From a virus (Duplodnaviria > Caudoviricetes): DNA of 60,826 nucleotides. How positions within the stretch are numbered: the stretch's first letter is position 1; the number at the start of each line of letters is the position of its first letter. Shown here in pieces: positions 47,266-54,759 of the stretch. Location: the IMG/VR virus record IMGVR_UViG_3300037670_000034, positions 1-60,826 of that record; one strand, 5' to 3'. The notes under the pieces were generated by a model. It saw only the letters and a list, made by a program, of their open reading frames with translations, did no database searches and was not told where the DNA came from. The translations under genes and the position numbers were made by a program.

Positions 47266-47347
47266 CGCACCGCGCCGCAAGGCGCGGCATCCGAGTGCGC
47301 TCCGCCGTAGAGCGCAGCCAGATGCCTAACAACCCGAGGACTGCACC

Positions 47348-47923
47348 ATGAGCTTGACCAACGTATTCGACACCGAAAGCACCGGCCTTCCAGACTGGAA
47401 AAACCCCAGCGAAGCCGGCCACCAGCCCCACATCGTCGAGATTGCCAGCCTGCTGTGCGACGCAGAAGGCAACGTGATCGACCGCTACCAGGCGATCGTC
47501 CGCCCGGCCGGCTGGGAAATCACCCCGGAAAATTCCGCCATTCACGGCATCACCCACGAACAGGCCATGGACGAGGGTATCCCAGAGATTGAAGCCCTCG
47601 ACGGCTTCCTGGCTCTGCATGCCCGCGCCGGCATTCGTGTCGCCCACAACGCCACTTTCGATGACCGAATCATCCGCATCGCTATGTCGCGCTACCACAG
47701 CAAAGAGCTGGCCGACAGCTTCAAGGACAACACCGAGAAGTTTTGCACCTGCTACAGCTCGCGTGGCCCGGTAGGCCTGGGCAAGTTGCCAACCCTGGCC
47801 GAGGCCTACAAGCACTTCACTGGCGAAGACCTGGTGGAAGCCCACCGCGCCATGCCCGACGCCCTTGCCTGCGCACAAATTTACTTCGCCTTGAAAGGCA
47901 TCCGCATGCCGGATGCCGCGTAA
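47348..47923 (+). CDS. DnaQ/DEDDh 3'-5' exonuclease
   Basis: FDTESTG, HNATFD, AHRAMPDA. Confidence 0.9.
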   Translation: MSLTNVFDTESTGLPDWKNPSEAGHQPHIVEIASLLCDAEGNVIDRYQAIVRPAGWEITPENSAIHGITHEQAMDEGIPEIEALDGFLALHARAGIRVAHNATFDDRIIRIAMSRYHSKELADSFKDNTEKFCTCYSSRGPVGLGKLPTLAEAYKHFTGEDLVEAHRAMPDALACAQIYFALKGIRMPDAA

Positions 47924-47924
47924 C

Positions 47925-48223
47925 GGCCCGGATGGGCAGGGCGCGGCAAGGCTAGGCACGGCCGGGCGCGGCAAGGGCTACTCGATAGCGGTCTGGCGAT
48001 TCACTGAGTCGCCTTTCCGGTGCCGAGAGGCATCACACGGCGGGACGTGCTCAGGCACGGCGAGCCGGGGCGAGGCGCGGCCAGGCAAGGGCTGTAATCA
48101 GCGGTCTGCCGATTCTTCGAGTCGGCTTTCCGGTGGCATCAACCACTAGCGGCATCGCATGTCCGGGCAAGGCGAGGCACCGCGGGGCGCCGCGCGGAAT
48201 GGCGAGGCAAGGGCGCATAGCGC
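47925..48223 (+). ncRNA. Array of three GGC-NN pentamer-repeat units (candidate guide RNAs) with hairpin tails
   Basis: Phased pentamer tracts at 47925-47974, 48039-48088 and 48151-48210, each ending GGCAAGGGC; conserved 36-nt hairpin tails at 47987-48022 and 48100-48135. Confidence 0.8.
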
Positions 48224-48244
48224 ACACATTCTTGGAGAAGTCAG

Positions 48245-48814
48245 ATGCAAACGATCAAGGTAAAAATCATCGGCACCCGTCCTCTGCTCATGCACAGCGA
48301 CATTTTCGCCGATCCGCTGAACCCGCTGACCAAGGCGCACAAGGCGCTGACCAGCAAGCGGAAGAAAACCGACGAAGACCATGAAGCGATCGCCCAGTCC
48401 GAATGGCGCGGCGGCATGTACTTCGATGAAGAGCTCGGCCCGTATGTCCCTGGCGTGAACATCGAATCAGCGATGGTCGCCGGCGGCAAGCTCTCCAAGA
48501 TGGGTACCCAACTCAAGCGCTCCGTCGAGGTCATGGACGAGCGCTGCAAGCTTGAATACACCGGCCCTCGCACCGTTTCCGGTTTGTGGGAACAGCGTTT
48601 CTACGACGCACGCAGCGTGAAGGTGCAGACCGCACGCCTCACCCGCTACCGTCCTCTTTTCCGCGAATGGTCGCTGACCTGCGAGATTGCTTTCGACTCC
48701 GAGACGATCAACCGCGAGCAGGTCGTCAAGTGCCTCGAAGATGCCGGCCAATACTGCGGCATCGGCGACTACCGCCCGAAGTTCGGCCGCTTCTCGGTGG
48801 AGGTGCTGGCATGA
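48245..48814 (+). CDS. Stand-alone Cas7/RAMP-like RNA-binding protein
   Basis: beta1 IKVKIIGTRPLLMH; PYVPGVNIESAM (cf. Csm3/Cas7 P.IPGSS.KG); RPLFREW..EI; G-rich loop GQYCGIGDYRPKFGRF. Confidence 0.75.
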   Translation: MQTIKVKIIGTRPLLMHSDIFADPLNPLTKAHKALTSKRKKTDEDHEAIAQSEWRGGMYFDEELGPYVPGVNIESAMVAGGKLSKMGTQLKRSVEVMDERCKLEYTGPRTVSGLWEQRFYDARSVKVQTARLTRYRPLFREWSLTCEIAFDSETINREQVVKCLEDAGQYCGIGDYRPKFGRFSVEVLA

Positions 48815-49299
48815 CCTCTTCCACTTGGAGCCTGGCCGGCGCCGTCGAGAAATTCATCGCTGACAACTTCAACGATGGCGACCTGATCAGCCATGACTGG
48901 CTGTCCTGGGCGCTCGAACTTCCGACCCCGAAAACGGTTGATCAGGCGCGCGAAGCTCAGTTCGTCGCCATGAGCCGCATCGAGGACTTCAAGCAAGCGC
49001 TGCTCGAAGACCACTGCATCTACATCGTGTCCGTCCGTGGCCAGGGTTACCGCATCGTGCCGCCACGCGACCAGGCGCGCCTGGCAGCAGCTCGCGCCCT
49101 TCAGGCAACCCGTCGCGAAGTGGCGACCTGCCAGAAGGTCATGACCAAGACACGCACAACACTGCTCAGCACAGACGAAATGCGCCGCCACACCGACACC
49201 CAACTCAAGGTCGCCGCCCTGGCCGGGATGCTCGACAAGCGCGGTCGCAACATCTTCGCCCTCTTCGACGGCAACAAATCTTCTAACCAGGGAGCATAA
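48811..49299 (+). CDS. Accessory protein coupled to the RAMP gene (possible winged helix plus helical tail)
   Basis: ATGA overlap and GGAGGTG RBS; IVSVRGQGYRIV wing-like motif. Confidence 0.7.
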   Translation: MTSSTWSLAGAVEKFIADNFNDGDLISHDWLSWALELPTPKTVDQAREAQFVAMSRIEDFKQALLEDHCIYIVSVRGQGYRIVPPRDQARLAAARALQATRREVATCQKVMTKTRTTLLSTDEMRRHTDTQLKVAALAGMLDKRGRNIFALFDGNKSSNQGA

Positions 49300-49301
49300 C
49301 C

Positions 49302-49565
49302 ATGATTGCCCAACGGAATACTGCAGCCCATCTGAAAGAAATTCAGATGATTTGCCCGGAAAAAACCATCATACGCATACCTGAAGTGACGGCTCTGACG
49401 GGCCTGGCGCGCAATACCATCTACAAGCGCCTCAAGGGCGATCCCTCCTTTCCGAAACCAGTACCACTGAGCGACAGCAAATTGCGTGGAGCTCCAGTTG
49501 GCTGGGTATTGGCCGAGGTTCAAGCCTGGATTTCTTCCCAAATCACTAAACGTGATCAGGAGTAA
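49302..49565 (+). CDS. Second AlpA-family regulator
   Basis: IIRIPEVTALTGLARNTIY..FPKPVPL..VGW..EVQAWI. Confidence 0.88.
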   Translation: MIAQRNTAAHLKEIQMICPEKTIIRIPEVTALTGLARNTIYKRLKGDPSFPKPVPLSDSKLRGAPVGWVLAEVQAWISSQITKRDQE

Positions 49566-49569
49566 ATCC

Positions 49570-49980
49570 ATGCACCACGAAACAACACTCAACCTGCCGA
49601 CCCTGTCATCCAAGGATGCAGCTCGTCAGTGGCTCGCTGACAAGCTGGCTGAGTACCAAGCCGGGGCCGAGCAGGTAACCGAGTCGCCGATCGAGAAGCG
49701 CCCACTGGTCAGTGGCCAGTGGCGCTCTCCCGACATGACGATCATCACCGAGTCCCGCCGTCATGAGCAGGCCGCCAAGGCCCATCGCAAAGGCGGTCGC
49801 CCGATTGGCTCTGTCGTCGAAGACAGTCCCGCCCTGATCGAGCGCGCACGTGCAATGGCCGGCATTGGCATCGCCAAGTCTACCGCCGCCAAACGCCTGG
49901 AGATCGGCACCACTCGCCTCGAGCGTCTGGCCGAGCAGAACGGCATCCAGCAGTACAAAAAATCCCCTAAAGCCGCCTGA
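49570..49980 (+). CDS. Hypothetical protein with C-terminal HTH
   Basis: [18 protein letters not shown]. Confidence 0.65.
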   Translation: MHHETTLNLPTLSSKDAARQWLADKLAEYQAGAEQVTESPIEKRPLVSGQWRSPDMTIITESRRHEQAAKAHRKGGRPIGSVVEDSPALIERARAMAGIGIAKSTAAKRLEIGTTRLERLAEQNGIQQYKKSPKAA

Positions 49981-49990
49981 GGACACAGCC

Positions 49991-51202
49991 ATGTGGTTCC
50001 GTAGCCTACTGATTTACCGCCTTACACAAGCCATCGACTTGGCCGCCGAAGCGCTGGAAGTCGCGCTGGGCAGCAAGCCCGCCCGCCCCTGCGAGAGCCA
50101 GGAGCTGACCACCTACGGCTTTGCCGCACCGCTCGGCAAAGGCCCCAATGCGCCCCTGGTGCACGCCGTCGAAGGCATGCTGCTGATCCGCGCCCGCAAG
50201 GAAGAGCGCATCCTGCCCGGCTCCGTAGTGCGCGACGCACTGAAGGAGAAGGTCGACGATATCGAAGAGACCCAGATGCGCAAGGTCTTCAAGAAGGAGC
50301 GCGACCAGCTGAAGGACGAGATCGTGCAGGCCTTCCTGCCTCGCGCCTTCACCCGTAACGCCAGCACCTACGCAGCGATCGACCCGGTCGCCGGCCTGAT
50401 CTATGTCGATGCCACGTCGCCGAAGCGCGCCGAGGATCTGCTGTCGACCCTGCGCGAATGCATCGGCTCCCTGCCGATTCGCCCGGTGTCCGTGAAGATC
50501 GCCCCCAGCGCCACCCTGACCGACTGGCTCAAGCAGCAGAGCGCGGCCGAAGGATTCTTCGTGCTCGACGAGTGCGACCTGCGCGACACCCACGAAGACG
50601 GCGGCAGCATCGCCGCCAAACATCAGGATCTGACCAGCGAAGAGATCCAGTTGCACCTGTCCACCGGCAAACAGGCCACCAAGCTCTCCCTGGCCTGGCA
50701 GGACAAGCTGTCGTTTGTCCTCGACGACAAGCTGCAGATCAAGCGCCTGCGCTTCGAAGACCTGCTGACCGACCAGGCCGAGCAGGACGGCGGCGATGAC
50801 GCTCTGTCCCAGCAGTCCGCCAGCTTCTTCCTGATGATGCGCACCTTCCGCGACTTCGTGCCCGAACTGCTCACCGCCCTGGGCGGCGAAGAAACCCCGC
50901 AAGGCCTGGGCGAATGCGCAGTTATTGGACTCGACCCGGCCAAGCCAGGTGCTGACACCACTGTCGTCACCCTCGCCCCTGCCGCCTCCATTCCGACCAG
51001 CGATCAATTGCTGGATGACGTGCTGTACGACGATGCAGTGGCCTTCGTCCGCAAGAGCGGCCGCGCCAGCATTTCCGCTGTCCAGCGCAAGCTGAAGATC
51101 GGCTACAACCGCGCCGCCCGCCTGATCGAATCCATGGAAGTGGCCGGCATCGTCAGCGCCATGAACAGCAACGGGTCGCGCGAGGTAATCCGCCATGGGT
51201 AA
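49991..51202 (+). CDS. rdgC: RdgC fused to an FtsK-gamma domain
   Basis: [26 protein letters not shown]; [22 protein letters not shown]. Confidence 0.9.
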   Translation: MWFRSLLIYRLTQAIDLAAEALEVALGSKPARPCESQELTTYGFAAPLGKGPNAPLVHAVEGMLLIRARKEERILPGSVVRDALKEKVDDIEETQMRKVFKKERDQLKDEIVQAFLPRAFTRNASTYAAIDPVAGLIYVDATSPKRAEDLLSTLRECIGSLPIRPVSVKIAPSATLTDWLKQQSAAEGFFVLDECDLRDTHEDGGSIAAKHQDLTSEEIQLHLSTGKQATKLSLAWQDKLSFVLDDKLQIKRLRFEDLLTDQAEQDGGDDALSQQSASFFLMMRTFRDFVPELLTALGGEETPQGLGECAVIGLDPAKPGADTTVVTLAPAASIPTSDQLLDDVLYDDAVAFVRKSGRASISAVQRKLKIGYNRAARLIESMEVAGIVSAMNSNGSREVIRHG

Positions 51203-51893
51203 CTACCTCGCTCGCGTGAACCCGCTGTACTTCGCTGCCCTGCATCGCACTGCAGGCGATGGTGACGTTCGCTATTGGCTCAACTCCGTGCACATTGAGC
51301 GCCACCAGAGCGAAGGCGTGATTTTGGTTGCCACCAACGGTCGCGTAATGGCGGCCATGCATGATCCTGAAGGCTGGCTGCATCCTGACCGCGCCACCCT
51401 GACAGTTCAGCGAACTAACAAGCGCGTCCTGTCGGCGATATCCAAGCGGCCCAGCAAAGGCGGACTCAGCCCTAAAAGCCTCTGGATTGGCGAAAGCTGC
51501 CTGGTGCTGAGCGCCAATGAAGATACCAGCGAAGAATCGGAGCCGTTTGGCCCTTTCAGTTTGGTAGCCGAGCGGAGCGCACTGGTCGTTGATCATGAGC
51601 CGTTGAACTGGCGTCGCCCGATCCCGAAAGGCGAAGACACCGCTGCACCCTGGCTGAACGCGCAGTATCTCGCGCTTTTCAGCGATATCGCACAGGTTCT
51701 GTTCCCTTCCAAGTACTGCCCTGGTGGCGGCATGCGCCTGATCGCCAGCGACGAGAACGGCGCCGTGCTCGTTCGCCTGGCCGCTCCAGATCTGGTGGAA
51801 AGGTTCCTCGGCGTGATCATGCCCATTCGGAACGACCCGGTTAAATCGCCGCACCCTGCGTTCGTGAAACTGGACGAAGGGGTGTCGCCATGA
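51195..51893 (+). CDS. Truncated beta-clamp-like protein
   Basis: [20 protein letters not shown]; NAQYL; GVIMPIR. Confidence 0.65.
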   Translation: MGNYLARVNPLYFAALHRTAGDGDVRYWLNSVHIERHQSEGVILVATNGRVMAAMHDPEGWLHPDRATLTVQRTNKRVLSAISKRPSKGGLSPKSLWIGESCLVLSANEDTSEESEPFGPFSLVAERSALVVDHEPLNWRRPIPKGEDTAAPWLNAQYLALFSDIAQVLFPSKYCPGGGMRLIASDENGAVLVRLAAPDLVERFLGVIMPIRNDPVKSPHPAFVKLDEGVSP

Positions 51894-52141
51894 GCCTGAC
51901 CAGCGAAGCCAAAACCTTCCACGTCTGCGTTGCAGTCAGCTACGTGATCGCCCGGGCGCGCCGACCGCGCGCCCTGGATGACCTGCTGAGCGAGCGCGGT
52001 ACCGGTCGCCCGATCCCTGGTGAAGAGGCACTGGCCATCGCCCGTGATTGCGCAGAACGCGGCTTCACCATGATCCCGAGCTGTGACCACCACGGCGAAC
52101 ACGGCCAGTGCCTTGGCCATCCGGTGGAGGCCTCGGTATGA
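51890..52141 (+). CDS. Hypothetical protein
   Basis: Coupled; C-terminal CDH..GQCLGH. Confidence 0.6.
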   Translation: MSLTSEAKTFHVCVAVSYVIARARRPRALDDLLSERGTGRPIPGEEALAIARDCAERGFTMIPSCDHHGEHGQCLGHPVEASV

Positions 52142-54759
52142 CGGTCTGCTACGAGAAGTTCCTGCAGCAGAAGGTGCGCCTGGCTGAGCCGCAAGGCTTC
52201 GAGGTCGACCAGTCTGCCTTCCACGAACTGCTCAAGCCTCACCAGCGCGCCATTGCTGCATGGATGGTTCGCCAGGGTCGCGCGGCGTGCTTCGCCGCGT
52301 TCGGCCTGGGCAAGTCGATGATCCAACTGGAAGTGGTGCGCGTCACCCGCCAGCTGGCCGGCGGCTATGCGCTGATCACCCTACCGCTCGGCGTGCGCCA
52401 GGAGTTCGTCCGCGACGCCGCCAAGCTGGGTATTACGGTGAAGTTCATCCGCCGCTTCGAAGAGGTGGAGGACGAGCAGACCATCTACCTGACCAACTAC
52501 GAGACAGTCCGCGACGGCAAGCTAGATCCTCGCCTGTTCAGTGTGGCCAGCCTCGACGAGGCGAGCTGCCTGCGCGGCTTCGGTGGGTCGAAGACCTTCC
52601 GTGAGTTCATGGCGCTGTTCGCCGGCGACGATCGCGCCAACGGCGTCCGCACCGAAGGTGTCCGGTACCGGTACGTGGCCACGGCCACACCGAGCCCGAA
52701 CGAATACATCGAAATGCTCGCCTACTCGGCCTTCCTGGGCGTGATGGATGTTGGCCAGGCCAAGACCCGGTTCTTCAAGCGCAACAGCGAGCACGCCGAC
52801 CAACTCACCATCCATGCCCACAAGGAAGCTGAGTTCTGGATGTGGGTCGCGTCCTGGGGGATTTTCGTCCAGCGCCCGAGCGACCTGGGTTTCAGTGACG
52901 AAGGCTACGACCTGCCAGAGCTCGACATTCGCTGGCATGAGGTGCCATCCGACCATTCCAACGCCGGCCATGAACGCAATGGCCAGGGCCGCCTGCTGCG
53001 TAACACCGCCATCGGCGTACAGGACGCCGCAGCCGAGAAGCGCGAAAGCCTGACCGCCCGTGTCGCCAAGATGATGGAACTGCGCGCCGAGGATCCAGAC
53101 GCCCACCGGATCATCTGGCACGACCTCGAGGCCGAGCGCCACGCGATCGAGAAAGCCATTCCCTCTGTCGTCAGCGTGTACGGCTCGCAGGATATCAACG
53201 AGCGCGAGAACGCGATCATCGACTTCAGCGACGGCAAGTTTCCCGAACTCGCCGCAAAGCCTGTCATCGCCGGCAGCGGCTGCAACTTCCAGCGCCATTG
53301 CTCCTGGGCCATCTACCTGGGCATCGGCTTCAAGTTCAACGACTTCATCCAATCCATTCACCGCCTGCACCGCTTCCTGCAGCTCGGCCGCGTGCGCATC
53401 GACCTGATCTACACCGAGGCCGAGCGCGACATTCGCCGCCAGTTGGAAAGGAAGTGGCAGCAGCACAACACCATGGTTCAGCGCATGACCGAGATCATCA
53501 AGAAATACGGCCTGTCCGTGGCCGCCATGGCTCAGCAGCTCACCCGCGCCATGGGCGTCGAGCGCGTCGAGGTCACTGGCCAGAACTATCGCATCGTCAA
53601 CAACGATTGCGTCGACGAGGCTCGCCGCCTGGCCGACAACAGCATTCACCTGACCGTTACCAGCATCCCCTTCAGCACCCAATACGAGTACTCGCCCAAC
53701 TACGCCGACTTCGGCCACACCGACAGCAACGAACATTTCTTCGAGCAGATGGACTACCTGACGCCCGAAATGCTGCGCGCCACCGTGCCCGGGCGCCTGG
53801 CCCTGATCCACGTGAAGGACCGCATCGTGCCAGGTGGCATGACCGGCCTGGGCTTCCAGACCGTTTACCCCTTCCACATGAAGGTGGTCGAGCACTTCAC
53901 CAAGCACGGCTGGGGTTACATGGGCATGAAGACCATCGTCACCGACGTGGTGCGCGAGAACGCCCAGACGTACCGCCTCAGTTGGACCGAGCAATGCAAA
54001 GACGGCACGAAGATGGGCGTCGGCATGCCCGAGTACCTGCTGATCTTCCGCAAGCCTCCGACCGACACCAGCAACGCCTACGGCGATATCCCGGTGGTGA
54101 AGGCCAAGCCGCTGTGCATCGACGAGAACGGCCAGGTTGTGCCCTTCGCCATGGACAAGAAGCTGACCGTCACCAGGGGCAACGGCTACAGCCGCGCCCG
54201 CTGGCAACTGGATGCCCACGGCTTTACCCGCAGCAACGGCAATCGCCCGCTGACCGAAGCGGACTTCGAAGGCATCCCGCATGACGTGATGTTCAAGCTC
54301 TATCGCGACTACAGCCTGTCCACCGTCTACGACTTCGAGCACCACGTCACCATCGGCGAATCGCTGGAAGTCACCGGCAAGCTGCCCACCGGCTTCATGC
54401 TGCTGCCGCCGCAGTCCTGGCACCCGGATGTTTGGACCGACGTTGCACGCATGCGCACGCTGAACGCCGAGCAGTACAGCAAGGGCCAGGAAATGCACCT
54501 CTGCCCCCTGCAGTTCGACATTGTCGATCGCGCCATCGTCCAGTACTCGATGGAAGGCGAAACCATCTACGACCCCTTCGGCGGAATCATGACGGTGCCC
54601 GTCCGCGCACTGAAGCTGAAACGCAAAGCGATCGCCTCCGAGCTGAACCCACGCTATTTCCTCGACGGCGCCGGCTACTGCAAAGGCGCCGAGGAAGACA
54701 TGGCCATGCCCGACCTCTTCGCCCTGCTCGATGCCGAGCAGCAGGAAGGTGCGGAGTGA
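52138..54759 (+). CDS. SF2/SNF2-like helicase fused to an N4/N6 DNA methyltransferase
   Basis: FGLGKS, LDEAS, TATPSPN, QSIHRLHR; TSIPF, HLCPLQFDI, DPFGG. Confidence 0.85.
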   Translation: MTVCYEKFLQQKVRLAEPQGFEVDQSAFHELLKPHQRAIAAWMVRQGRAACFAAFGLGKSMIQLEVVRVTRQLAGGYALITLPLGVRQEFVRDAAKLGITVKFIRRFEEVEDEQTIYLTNYETVRDGKLDPRLFSVASLDEASCLRGFGGSKTFREFMALFAGDDRANGVRTEGVRYRYVATATPSPNEYIEMLAYSAFLGVMDVGQAKTRFFKRNSEHADQLTIHAHKEAEFWMWVASWGIFVQRPSDLGFSDEGYDLPELDIRWHEVPSDHSNAGHERNGQGRLLRNTAIGVQDAAAEKRESLTARVAKMMELRAEDPDAHRIIWHDLEAERHAIEKAIPSVVSVYGSQDINERENAIIDFSDGKFPELAAKPVIAGSGCNFQRHCSWAIYLGIGFKFNDFIQSIHRLHRFLQLGRVRIDLIYTEAERDIRRQLERKWQQHNTMVQRMTEIIKKYGLSVAAMAQQLTRAMGVERVEVTGQNYRIVNNDCVDEARRLADNSIHLTVTSIPFSTQYEYSPNYADFGHTDSNEHFFEQMDYLTPEMLRATVPGRLALIHVKDRIVPGGMTGLGFQTVYPFHMKVVEHFTKHGWGYMGMKTIVTDVVRENAQTYRLSWTEQCKDGTKMGVGMPEYLLIFRKPPTDTSNAYGDIPVVKAKPLCIDENGQVVPFAMDKKLTVTRGNGYSRARWQLDAHGFTRSNGNRPLTEADFEGIPHDVMFKLYRDYSLSTVYDFEHHVTIGESLEVTGKLPTGFMLLPPQSWHPDVWTDVARMRTLNAEQYSKGQEMHLCPLQFDIVDRAIVQYSMEGETIYDPFGGIMTVPVRALKLKRKAIASELNPRYFLDGAGYCKGAEEDMAMPDLFALLDAEQQEGAE

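Noticed and set aside
47925-48223. Canonical CRISPR array
   Set aside because: The intervals between the 36-nt hairpins are internally periodic rather than foreign spacers; only two hairpin copies and no adaptation genes.
47913-48384. G/R/A-rich ORFs 47913..48149 and 48133..48384
   Set aside because: By-products of the GGC-NN pentamers; a 5-nt period is not codon-compatible and the tails covary as RNA.
52642-52662. Partial self-target of unit 2 (GGcGTcCGcACcGAaGGt)
   Set aside because: Mismatch at the third dinucleotide and after the sixth; chance level.
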